A DNA stretch of 46,567 nucleotides. Origin: an uncultured Bacilli bacterium (GTDB lineage: Bacteria > Bacillota_I > Bacilli_A > RF39 > UBA660). Within the stretch, counting starts at the first letter, position 1. Each line of letters starts with the position of its first letter. Below the pieces are notes generated by a model. The model made no database searches. It was not told where the DNA came from and was given only the letters and a program-made list of their open reading frames with translations. Positions 25,704 to 34,775 of the stretch are shown here, in pieces. The stretch is from the NCBI GenBank assembly GCA_944373065.1, contig CALWAJ010000002.1, positions 1-46,567 on the forward strand. Reading direction: 5' to 3'. The position numbers and the translations under genes were made by a program.

Positions 25704-26917
25704 GAATCCTTCTTTAATTTTTCTAAATATAAATATATCTCTTTTAATTTAGATTCATAACCTAAATTTTTAGGATGATAATATTTCTTATCTTTTAATT
25801 TATCAGGCAAATACTGTTGTCTAACAAAAGCATTTTTATAATCATGAGGATATTTATAAGTATTAGATGGATTCTTTAAGTGCTTTGGAATATCACCGAC
25901 ATTTCCTTTTTCTATATCACTTAAAGCTTCATCTAAAGCTATATGAGCAGTATTACTTTTAGGAGACAAAGCCATCTCTGTAACAATTGTTCCAAGAGGA
26001 ATTCTAGCTTCCGGTAATCCCACTAACTTAGCCGCTTCAATTGCAGACATTACTTTAGGACCAATAGAAGGATTAGCAAGACCTATATCTTCATAAGCAA
26101 TAACTGCCATTCGTCTAAAAACACTATCTAAATCACCAATCGTAATTAATCTTGCTAAATAATGTAAGCTTGCATCGACATCACTACCTCTAATAGACTT
26201 TTGAAAAGCTGATAACATATCATAATAAGCATCACCATTTTTATCTGCAAAGAAAACAGGCTTAGTATTTATCTTTTTTACAACTTCTAAATCTACTTTA
26301 AAATCGCTAGTAGAAAAGTAAGATATTTCTAAAAGATTATAAGCAAATCTTAAGTCATTTCCCGATATATTAGCAATATACTTAATAGTTTCCTCATCTA
26401 TTTTAATATTAGGTAAATAAGGACTTTTAATCGCTCTTTTTAAACCTTCAACGATATCTTCAGTTTCTAGCTCTTTAAGTTCAAATAATTGACATCTTGA
26501 TCTAATAGCAGGATTAATTGCATGATATGGATTACTAGTAGTCATCCCTATTAAAGTAATAAGGCCACTTTCTAACTGTGGTAATAAAATATCTTGTTTA
26601 TCTTTATTTAGTCTGTGTATTTCATCCATAACTAAAACTAAACCATCATACATTTTCGCCTCTTCAATAACAATATCTAAATCTTTTTTAGAATTAACTG
26701 TAGCATTTAAAAATCTATGTCTAATACCCAAATCATTAATCATAGCATTTGCAATAGAAGTTTTACCAATTCCGGGCTTACCATATAAAATCATCGAAAA
26801 CAACTTCTTATTCTTAACAAGATTGCTAAGAATCATATTATCTCCAATTAAATGTTTTTGTCCAAGAACTTCATTTAAATGCTTTGGAGCCATTTTTAAC
26901 GCTAAAGGCTTATCCAT
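25700..26917 (-). CDS. rarA: replication-associated recombination protein A (AAA+ ATPase)
   Basis: Walker A GKPGIGKTS, Walker B LVLVMDEIHR, and the MgsA C-terminal domain (YYDMLSAFQKSIRGSD, PKHLKN, YKYPHDY). Confidence 0.9.
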   Translation of the reverse strand: MDKPLALKMAPKHLNEVLGQKHLIGDNMILSNLVKNKKLFSMILYGKPGIGKTSIANAMINDLGIRHRFLNATVNSKKDLDIVIEEAKMYDGLVLVMDEIHRLNKDKQDILLPQLESGLITLIGMTTSNPYHAINPAIRSRCQLFELKELETEDIVEGLKRAIKSPYLPNIKIDEETIKYIANISGNDLRFAYNLLEISYFSTSDFKVDLEVVKKINTKPVFFADKNGDAYYDMLSAFQKSIRGSDVDASLHYLARLITIGDLDSVFRRMAVIAYEDIGLANPSIGPKVMSAIEAAKLVGLPEARIPLGTIVTEMALSPKSNTAHIALDEALSDIEKGNVGDIPKHLKNPSNTYKYPHDYKNAFVRQQYLPDKLKDKKYYHPKNLGYESKLKEIYLYLEKLKKDS

Positions 26918-27007
26918 GTTACCATCTCCCTCGTATAAAGTATTTTATCAAAAAAAGCTGTCTTTTTGAAGATAATAATGTTATACTTTACTTAAGGAGG
27001 GTTTTGT

Positions 27008-27973
27008 ATGGAATATAAAAACGAATTAGAAGGATATTGTAAAGAATATAAAAATTTAACAACTTTATTAAAAGTAGATGAAAATAGTTTAGAAGGAATT
27101 AAAGAAAACTTAAGAAAAACTAGAGCTGGGTCTTTCTTTTTAAGCTTAAATGAAAATCAAAGAGTTGAGTTTTCTACAATTTATAAAGATAGTAATATTG
27201 ATAACTATATCTTGAAAGAAGAAAGCATTAAAAAGGAAAAAGAGGAAAAAAGGCAATTAATACAAAAGATATTATCGTGCCAAGAATTTCCATTTTCTAA
27301 AGATGATGAACATATATTTATAAAAAGTGGCAACGAACTATATAATGCCGTAACCGCTGAAAGCACTGAGTCTATTAAAAATGACGATATAAAAAAAGTT
27401 ATTATTGATGTAGTTGGAGAAAGTTATAGTATAAGTAAATTTAACTATTTTGATATACCATTAATTAAAGTACTTTATGAAAGGTATAAAAGATATAATC
27501 AAACAGAAAACAGCAAAGAATTAGAGTTAATTATAATAGAAAAAGCTAGTCAAATTTTATATAATGAGAAAAAAGAGGAAAAAAGAACACCACTTATACC
27601 TGATGAAGAATATAATAAGTTAAAAGAAGAATTGTTTACTAAGATAACAGACTTAGAATATGGTAATATTACTTTTACTCCTGAAAATAAAAAGCTAGTT
27701 GAAGAAATGCTTTATACTGCCAAATTCGAAATTGAACTACTTCATGGAAAAAGTATTGAAGAGTTAATTGATTATACTAGAAGTTCTGTTACAAAAGATA
27801 ACTACGAACGAGAAATAACTTATTTAGCAAAAGCATGCTATAACTTAACTAATCAAAATTTTGTTTATGATTGTACATATCCTAATACTTTTGATTTATG
27901 GAATAAAACTGATATGTTCGAAACAAGTAATCGTGTAATTAATCAAAAAATACTTGAAATGAAGAAAAGATAG
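27008..27973 (+). CDS. hypothetical protein (321 aa); N-terminal ~100 aa paralogous to 27980..28393
   Basis: AAGGAGGG SD. The first ~100 residues align without gaps to the next gene's product (L7, Y10, KEY12-14, AG40-41, L45, L47, F55, IY58-59, D61, Y67, FPF). Confidence 0.7.
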   Translation: MEYKNELEGYCKEYKNLTTLLKVDENSLEGIKENLRKTRAGSFFLSLNENQRVEFSTIYKDSNIDNYILKEESIKKEKEEKRQLIQKILSCQEFPFSKDDEHIFIKSGNELYNAVTAESTESIKNDDIKKVIIDVVGESYSISKFNYFDIPLIKVLYERYKRYNQTENSKELELIIIEKASQILYNEKKEEKRTPLIPDEEYNKLKEELFTKITDLEYGNITFTPENKKLVEEMLYTAKFEIELLHGKSIEELIDYTRSSVTKDNYEREITYLAKACYNLTNQNFVYDCTYPNTFDLWNKTDMFETSNRVINQKILEMKKR

Positions 27974-27979
27974 AGTTTT

Positions 27980-28393
27980 ATGATAAACGAAACAAAATTA
28001 AGAGAATATTATAAAGAGTATCTTTTAATAGAAAAAATTATAGCAGAAAGAGAAACAAAAAGAGATAAATTATATAATATTTTTAAAGAAAGTAAAGCCG
28101 GGAAACTTTACTTAAGATTAAGTGAAGAAGAACAACAAACTTTTGAATATATTTATACCGATGCAACATATCAACAATATTTATTTTATGAAAAGCAAGT
28201 AACTGAATTCAAAGAGGCAAGGAATAAATTATTATTAAATATTTCTCAAGATAGGGAAGTTTTTCCGTTTAAACAAAATGAGATACTTGAATCATTAAAT
28301 ATTTCTGATGATTTAAAAGAATTTATGCAAATGATAACTTTGAAAATCAACAATACAAATAATAATTATAAATTTAATAAAAATAAATTATGA
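27980..28393 (+). CDS. hypothetical protein (137 aa), paralog of the N-terminus of 27008..27973
   Basis: Starts 6 nt after the upstream stop. Colinear conserved positions are listed under 27008..27973. Confidence 0.65.
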   Translation: MINETKLREYYKEYLLIEKIIAERETKRDKLYNIFKESKAGKLYLRLSEEEQQTFEYIYTDATYQQYLFYEKQVTEFKEARNKLLLNISQDREVFPFKQNEILESLNISDDLKEFMQMITLKINNTNNNYKFNKNKL

Positions 28394-28408
28394 AAGAGAG
28401 TGATAATT

Positions 28409-28579
28409 ATGCAAACTAACAATTTAAAAATATATCCTATGAGTTATAGATACACTATGAATGGTTTTAACTTAGCAGTAGATAATAAAGTTCTTCCTTT
28501 AACTTATAGATATAAGCAAAGAGGATTTAATCATGTAAATATTGTAAACGATACTGAAATAAAAAATAGAAAGAAGTAG
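28409..28579 (+). CDS. small ORF (56 aa) with an internal repeat, not in the ORF track
   Basis: MQTNNLKIYPMSYRYTMNGFNLAVDNKVLPLTYRYKQRGFNHVNIVNDTEIKNRKK. Two copies of P-(M/L)-(S/T)-Y-R-Y-x-x-x-G-F-N lie 20 residues apart. Starts 15 nt after the previous stop and ends 3 nt before the mutS ATG. The SD is weak (AGAGAG). Confidence 0.4.
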   Translation: MQTNNLKIYPMSYRYTMNGFNLAVDNKVLPLTYRYKQRGFNHVNIVNDTEIKNRKK

Positions 28580-28582
28580 TAT

Positions 28583-31153
28583 ATGAAGAGAAGTGAAGTA
28601 GATAGAGATAAAATAAGCCCAATGATGAGGCAATATTTAGACATAAAAGATAAGTATGAAGATACTATTATCTTTTTTAGACTTGGGGATTTTTATGAGA
28701 TGTTCTTTGAGGATGCTATAACCGCTTCTCATGAATTAGAATTAACTTTAACAGGAAGAAATGCTGGACTTGAAGAGCGAGTTCCTATGTGTGGCATTCC
28801 TTTTAAAGCATATGAAGGATATCTAGATAAACTAATAGATAAAGGTTATAAAGTAGCAATAGTAGAGCAATTAGAAGATCCTAAGACTACTAAAGATATG
28901 GTAAAAAGGGATGTTATTCAAGTTGTTACTAAAGGGACGAGATTAGATACCTCTATTAATGCTAAAGACAATAATTTTATCGCTTCCATCTATGATTTAG
29001 GATATTGTTATGTCATATCATATTCTGATATATCAACAGGAGAAATATATGTATCATTAGAAGAAGGAGACAAGGACACTTTACTAAGAGATATTTTAAG
29101 ACATAACTTTAGTGAAATAATTGTTAATGATAAGATAGATAGAGAACTTGTTAATACTCTTAGAACAACATATCATTTAAATGTTACAATTTATGATGAA
29201 CTATATGAAGGTAGTGCCTACAATTATGTTTATAAAAATTTAAAAGATATAAGAGAAGAAACAGGTATTAAACATTTACTTGCCTATTTAACAAATACCA
29301 AAAAAGGAGATTTATCTCATCTAGGAGAAGCGAAAAAAGAAAACACCAAAGACCATCTTTTAATAGATAATAATACTAAAAGAAACTTAGAACTTACTGA
29401 GACAGTAAGATTAAGAGAAAGGACTTATAGTCTATTATGGCTTTTAGATAAAAATAAAACTGCAATGGGTAGTAGATTACTAAAACAAAACATAGAAAGC
29501 CCTTTAACTAATAAAAAAGAAATAGAAAAGCGTTATGATTTTGTAGATAAATTAAGAGTTGAATTTATATTAAGAGATGATTTAAAAAATAACTTAAACG
29601 AGGTCTATGATTTAGAAAGACTCGCATCAAGAATTACTTATGGTAATTTAAATGCCAGAGATTTATTACAACTTAAAAGCAGTTTAAAAGTATTGCCTGA
29701 AATTAAAAAAATATTAAAAGAACTTAACTATTATAAAGAAATAGAAGACTTTCCTGAAGTTTATAGTTTACTTGATAAAAGTATTATTGAAGATCCGCCT
29801 ATAACTTTAAAAGAAGGCCATTTAATAAAAGATGGCTATAACGAAGAATTAGATGAATTAAGAAAAATATCCAGTGGTTCAAAAGATTTTATCTTAGAAC
29901 TTGAACAAAAAGAGAAAGATAGAACTGGTATTAAAAATCTAAAAGTAGGATTTAATAAAGTCTTTGGTTATTATATTGAAATTAGTAAAGGACAGGTTAA
30001 AGAATTAAAAGAAGAATATGGCTATGAAAGAAAACAGACATTATCTAACTGTGAAAGATTTATTACACCTTTACTAAAAGAAAAAGAAAATATTATCTTA
30101 GGTGCAGAAGAGAAGATTATCAACTTAGAATATGATTTATTCATGAAAATAAGAGAAACTATCAAACGTTACATTCACCCCTTACAAAAGACTGCAAATG
30201 TTATTGCCGAAGTTGATATGCTACAAGCATTTTCTACAGTTTCTGATATGTATAATTTTGTTAGACCAACGATAACTGATAATCACTCTGTTAAAATAAT
30301 TGCTTCACGCCATCCTGTTATAGAAGAAGTAATGGCTCACGAAGATAAAAAATATGTCTCCAACGATATAATTATGGATGAAGACACTAGTATTCTCTTA
30401 ATAACAGGGCCAAATATGGCTGGTAAATCAACATATATGCGACAATTTGCTATTACAGTTATTATGGCTCAAATAGGTTGTTTTGTGCCTGCTAAAAGCT
30501 GTTCTATGCCAATATTTGATAAAATATTTACAAGAATAGGAGCGAGTGATGACCTTGTTAGTGGAGAATCAACTTTTATGGTAGAAATGAAAGAAGCTAA
30601 TCTTGCCTTAGAAAATGCTACTAAAAACAGTTTAATTCTTTTTGATGAATTAGGTAGAGGAACTGCTACTTATGATGGAATGAGTTTAGCACAAGCAATA
30701 CTAGAATATATTCATGATAAAATAGGGGCAAAAACAATGTTTTCTACCCATTATCATGAATTAACCGATTTATCCAATAGTCTAAAACATTTACAAAATG
30801 TCCACGTTTCAGCTGTTGAGGAAGATGGCAAGCTAACATTTTTACACAAAATAAAATTAGGCGCCGTTGATAAAAGTTATGGTCTTAATGTTGCAAGTCT
30901 TGCCCATTTACCAGAATCATTAATCAAACGAGCTGAAGAGATACTTAATATCTATGAAAGTGAAGGTACCAAAGAAAAACAATTTACTCAAACTAGTCTG
31001 TTTAGTTTAGATGAGCCAGAAATAAAAGAAGAAGAAAAGAAAAATGAAATAGAAGAAACGATTAAAGAAGTAGATCCATTAAATATGACACCGATTAATG
31101 CCTTAAACTTCTTATATGAATTAAAAGAAAAAATCAGAAATGAGGAAAAATAG
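28583..31153 (+). CDS. mutS: DNA mismatch repair protein MutS
   Basis: Mismatch-recognition GDFYEMF (Phe-X-Glu), Walker A GPNMAGKST, Walker B LILFDELGRGT, and STHYHEL. Confidence 0.95.
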   Translation: MKRSEVDRDKISPMMRQYLDIKDKYEDTIIFFRLGDFYEMFFEDAITASHELELTLTGRNAGLEERVPMCGIPFKAYEGYLDKLIDKGYKVAIVEQLEDPKTTKDMVKRDVIQVVTKGTRLDTSINAKDNNFIASIYDLGYCYVISYSDISTGEIYVSLEEGDKDTLLRDILRHNFSEIIVNDKIDRELVNTLRTTYHLNVTIYDELYEGSAYNYVYKNLKDIREETGIKHLLAYLTNTKKGDLSHLGEAKKENTKDHLLIDNNTKRNLELTETVRLRERTYSLLWLLDKNKTAMGSRLLKQNIESPLTNKKEIEKRYDFVDKLRVEFILRDDLKNNLNEVYDLERLASRITYGNLNARDLLQLKSSLKVLPEIKKILKELNYYKEIEDFPEVYSLLDKSIIEDPPITLKEGHLIKDGYNEELDELRKISSGSKDFILELEQKEKDRTGIKNLKVGFNKVFGYYIEISKGQVKELKEEYGYERKQTLSNCERFITPLLKEKENIILGAEEKIINLEYDLFMKIRETIKRYIHPLQKTANVIAEVDMLQAFSTVSDMYNFVRPTITDNHSVKIIASRHPVIEEVMAHEDKKYVSNDIIMDEDTSILLITGPNMAGKSTYMRQFAITVIMAQIGCFVPAKSCSMPIFDKIFTRIGASDDLVSGESTFMVEMKEANLALENATKNSLILFDELGRGTATYDGMSLAQAILEYIHDKIGAKTMFSTHYHELTDLSNSLKHLQNVHVSAVEEDGKLTFLHKIKLGAVDKSYGLNVASLAHLPESLIKRAEEILNIYESEGTKEKQFTQTSLFSLDEPEIKEEEKKNEIEETIKEVDPLNMTPINALNFLYELKEKIRNEEK

Positions 31154-31155
31154 TT

Positions 31156-32007
31156 ATGAGATATGATGATTTAATGATTTTAGAAGGAATGTTTATTGAT
31201 GTTACAAGAGAAGATGTTAAAGATGTAATAAGAACAGAATTAGGAGAAAATATAAGTTATTGCATAGAAACATTTGATTTTGAAAATAAAAAAATAAAAT
31301 TAAAAAAAGATGAAACAGATGAAAGTTATGAGATAGTACCTATAAAAAGAGATGATGCAACTTTAGGAATAAATATTAAAAGGGTAAAGAAAGAAGAAAA
31401 TGGTGAGAAATTTAGTTTATCTAAAAATATTGTCTATACAGGTAAAGAAAAGAAAGGTGTTGTTGTTTCAACTTTAGAAACAGTAGAAACTAAAGATTAT
31501 ACTATATTTTTTGAAAATACTAAAAATATAATAAAAAATGAACATGGTACTTATATAAAAGATCAAGAGAGTCTTGGATTATGGGTTTATGACAATAAAA
31601 TTTTACAAAATGAGAATAATAAATATTTTGGTATTTTTGAAGATACAACTTGTTATGGCCAATTTAATTATCATGAAAGATTATCCCAAATAGAAAAAAC
31701 TATAAATAAAAATTATTTATTACCAGATTATATTACTAAAATAGAAACAGAACTTAATGAACATGAAAAAATGGTTGGGACTATTTATATTAATTATTTA
31801 ATTAATTATTTAGAAGCTATTGAATATGAAAATGATGATATGTTCTATTTTGACCATTCGAGATGGAAACGTGATATTTATAGTGATATAGAAAATTATG
31901 TTGAAGAAATGAAAAAACTTCTATCACTAGAGACAAGTTTTGATGGTACAGAAAAAAGAATATATGATTACAGAGTAAGCGGACAACAAAAAACAAAACA
32001 AATATAG
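31156..32007 (+). CDS. hypothetical protein (283 aa) occupying the position usually held by mutL
   Basis: ATG lies 2 nt after the mutS stop, with GAGGA 9 nt upstream. No GHKL ATPase motifs. The first 12 nt (atgagatatgat, MRYD) are identical to the start of 32105..32872. Confidence 0.7.
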   Translation: MRYDDLMILEGMFIDVTREDVKDVIRTELGENISYCIETFDFENKKIKLKKDETDESYEIVPIKRDDATLGINIKRVKKEENGEKFSLSKNIVYTGKEKKGVVVSTLETVETKDYTIFFENTKNIIKNEHGTYIKDQESLGLWVYDNKILQNENNKYFGIFEDTTCYGQFNYHERLSQIEKTINKNYLLPDYITKIETELNEHEKMVGTIYINYLINYLEAIEYENDDMFYFDHSRWKRDIYSDIENYVEEMKKLLSLETSFDGTEKRIYDYRVSGQQKTKQI

Positions 32008-32104
32008 ATATAAACAAATTATAGATAAATTATTTATTAGCTTTAAGAAAATTTATTCCAATAATTTTAAAATTAAATAAAGATTAAAAAAATAGGTGAT
32101 TATA

Positions 32105-32872
32105 ATGAGATATGATTTATTACAATTAATAAAAGATAGAGTACCTTTATTAGATAAAAATTTTTTAGCAAGTAATTTAATAGAATCTTTTCTAAAAGAA
32201 AGCTGCAATTCTAAAATTAAAAACAATATAAAAGAGAAACGAATAGATTTAGACGATAATGTTACTATAATTACTGATGGCAATAATATTATAATTGATA
32301 AATCAAATGAAGATGCTTTTGAAGGAGAAAAGATAAAAGTTACACTTTTAGATAATAATGATGAATTTATCTTTTCATACTATAACTATGCCAAAAAAGA
32401 ACATATTAACATGTTACAAAGTTATAGATTGTCATTTACAAAATATGATATAGAAGTAGCAGATATTAGTGAATGGATTTATAGAAATGATGTACCTAAA
32501 ATAGAAGAGTATATTGATACTGTCATTATAAATTCAAACAATATTAGTACTGGAGATTATTATAATTATCTAAAGCTATATATAGTAGATGAATATTATG
32601 AGGAAGAAAGAATTTTACCAGATTATTATAGAACAATGCGTATAAATAAAAAATTAAATGAATTTTCTTTAAATATTAACGGAAAACTTACCAAATATAA
32701 TTATGATAATGATATTTTAGGATCACTTATATTCTTTAACGATTTAGAAAAAGATTGCCTTGATACAAAAACTAAAAAAAATTTATTAAAGATAAAAAAT
32801 GTCCTAGAAAAAAGCTCTTTTAAGGGAAGACAATATATAAAATTATTTGAAATAAAAAGGGATGAAAACTAA
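32105..32872 (+). CDS. hypothetical protein (255 aa)
   Basis: Start set to ATG 32105, after TAGGTGA. Begins MRYD like the previous gene. Contains ILPDYY, compared with LLPDYI in the previous product. Confidence 0.65.
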   Translation: MRYDLLQLIKDRVPLLDKNFLASNLIESFLKESCNSKIKNNIKEKRIDLDDNVTIITDGNNIIIDKSNEDAFEGEKIKVTLLDNNDEFIFSYYNYAKKEHINMLQSYRLSFTKYDIEVADISEWIYRNDVPKIEEYIDTVIINSNNISTGDYYNYLKLYIVDEYYEEERILPDYYRTMRINKKLNEFSLNINGKLTKYNYDNDILGSLIFFNDLEKDCLDTKTKKNLLKIKNVLEKSSFKGRQYIKLFEIKRDEN

Positions 32873-33387
32873 TGAATTATGTTCTTATATACAAAGATAA
32901 TAAAAACTATATAAATTATTATTACAATTTTACTGATAATTTAGTTTATACAAGTAATGCCAAAAACAATAACTGTAATCTTTTAGGAATGATAGGAATA
33001 ATCATTGGCTTTATTTTCTATCTTCTTATCGCTACTATTAGTTACTATATACCATATTCTTATCTATTTATAATTATAATTGGTATTATCTTTGGCCTTA
33101 CTATAACTTTTATCGCTAATAGAACTATAACTGATATCTTTAAAAGTAAAGGTAAAAATATCTCAAAAAAAGACTTAAAAGATATGTATATGAAAAACAA
33201 ATCATTTAGAATAAAATATTTTATTTTAACATTATCTTTCTTTATTCTTTCGATATTATCTCTAATCTTATACAAAAATACACTTGCAATTAATTTTATA
33301 ACATTTACAAGTATCATTATGACAACATTTTTATTGTTTCTGTATAGGCCTATAAACAATTATAAATTTTTAAAACTTATAAAATAG
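32872..33387 (+). CDS. hypothetical membrane protein (171 aa)
   Basis: TAATG stop/start overlap with the previous gene. About four hydrophobic helices. Confidence 0.6.
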   Translation: MNYVLIYKDNKNYINYYYNFTDNLVYTSNAKNNNCNLLGMIGIIIGFIFYLLIATISYYIPYSYLFIIIIGIIFGLTITFIANRTITDIFKSKGKNISKKDLKDMYMKNKSFRIKYFILTLSFFILSILSLILYKNTLAINFITFTSIIMTTFLLFLYRPINNYKFLKLIK

Positions 33388-33393
33388 AATAAT

Positions 33394-33422
33394 TTGACAA
33401 AATACCAAATTAGGTATATAAT
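33394..33422 (+). promoter_or_regulatory. Consensus sigma-A-type promoter
   Basis: TTGACA (33394-33399), a 17-nt spacer, then TATAAT (33417-33422). Lies 25 nt upstream of GTG 33448. Confidence 0.75.
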
Positions 33423-33447
33423 TTAATACACAAAAGGGGGAATATGT

Positions 33448-34224
33448 GTGAAAAATAAAGATATTGAAAAATTAAAAAAATTAAAAATTAAACTATTAAC
33501 CTATGCGACTATAGTAGGTTTAACATCATCTATGGGTGGATGCAATAAAATAAAAAACGAAGATAGTAATTCTGAAGTTGGTTATTTAATCGAATCTAAT
33601 GAAAACTTTTATGAAAGTGATAAAGCAGGCTTATATTCTTATTTAATCAATACTAATGGCTTTGAAAGTTCAAATCATGATTTTTCTAACACTAAGACTA
33701 AATTAAGATATGCTCAAGTAGCTGCCGAAGAAACATACAATAATAGTTCTAGTAATTTTGATTCTGATTATATTAAAGATAATTTTAAATTAATTTGGCC
33801 ATCTTCTTATGCAAATTATGATGAGGATGAATTTAATCTTACAAATACAGACTTTTCTCTTGAAATAGAGCAGTTAAAAGATTTAAGTGGAACAAGTTAT
33901 AAAGTTATATATTCATCTCTTGAAATAACAAAAGACTTAATACCAAGTAATCAATTAAATAATACTGCTAAAACTTTGTTAGAAGGAGATAATTTCTCAA
34001 GTACCGCTATATATTATAACGATGATTTAATCGCTTATAAACAAACTGGTAGTGGTAGTAATGATGAAAATGTAGTAAATGCTACAAAAGGAGATGTAGA
34101 TACAGCTATTTCTACTTTAAAAGAATTAGATATGTTAGAAGAAACAACAAAAGTAACATATCAAGAATTAGAAACACAAGAAAAAATTATCAATGAAGAA
34201 AAGAATCTTGTAAAAAGAAAATAA
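33448..34224 (+). CDS. putative lipoprotein (258 aa)
   Basis: GTG start after an AAGGGGG SD. Basic N-region, hydrophobic stretch, then a lipobox-like LTSSMGGC. The mature part is Ser/Asn/Asp/Glu-rich. Confidence 0.6.
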   Translation: MKNKDIEKLKKLKIKLLTYATIVGLTSSMGGCNKIKNEDSNSEVGYLIESNENFYESDKAGLYSYLINTNGFESSNHDFSNTKTKLRYAQVAAEETYNNSSSNFDSDYIKDNFKLIWPSSYANYDEDEFNLTNTDFSLEIEQLKDLSGTSYKVIYSSLEITKDLIPSNQLNNTAKTLLEGDNFSSTAIYYNDDLIAYKQTGSGSNDENVVNATKGDVDTAISTLKELDMLEETTKVTYQELETQEKIINEEKNLVKRK

Positions 34225-34238
34225 ACATTTGTAACTAT

Positions 34239-34276
34239 AAAAGACTATTGATAACTATATTTGTCAATAGTCTTTT
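34239..34276 (+). terminator. Rho-independent terminator
   Basis: Perfect 13-bp inverted repeat aaaagactattga / tcaatagtctttt with a 12-nt loop. Confidence 0.75.
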
Positions 34277-34367
34277 AATATTGTAATGAAAGCCTAAAGT
34301 TACACTATTAAAATTAATTAATGTTTGATATAATAGAACTAGACAAAAAGAGAGGTAGTGATAACTT

Positions 34368-34775
34368 ATGAAAACAAGAAATGAAGTGCGTGAGATAGCT
34401 CTTCGTATAATATATAAAATCAATATCTTTGATGATGCCAAAGTCTATTATGATGTAAATGATTTAATTAAAGAAGAATATGAAGTTGAAAATGATTTCG
34501 TCAATTCTTTAGTTAATGGAGTTATAGAAAAAAAAGAAGAATTAACATCTTTAGTTAATAAATATATGACTGATTGGTCTCTTGATAGGTTAAATAAAGT
34601 TGATATTGCATTATTTCTTTTAGCAAGTTACGAATTAAAATATGAGAAGACTCCTAGCATTGTATGTATAAATGAATGGGTAGAAATTTCTAAAAAATAT
34701 AGTGATGAAAAAATAACAAAAATGCTAAATGGAGTTTTAGATAACATATACCATAGTGAGGAATGCAATGAATAA
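34368..34775 (+). CDS. nusB: transcription antitermination factor NusB
   Basis: NusB-like REIALRIIY N-terminus and DRLNKVDIALFLLASYEL. Size and position upstream of xseA are canonical. tgatataat -10 at 34326-34334. Confidence 0.85.
   Translation: MKTRNEVREIALRIIYKINIFDDAKVYYDVNDLIKEEYEVENDFVNSLVNGVIEKKEELTSLVNKYMTDWSLDRLNKVDIALFLLASYELKYEKTPSIVCINEWVEISKKYSDEKITKMLNGVLDNIYHSEECNE

Noticed and set aside
31156-32872. A divergent or split MutL encoded by the two genes after mutS.
   Set aside because: There are no GHKL ATPase motifs (N-box, DxGxG, GxxGxG) and no MutL C-terminal endonuclease motif. The sizes and composition do not fit.
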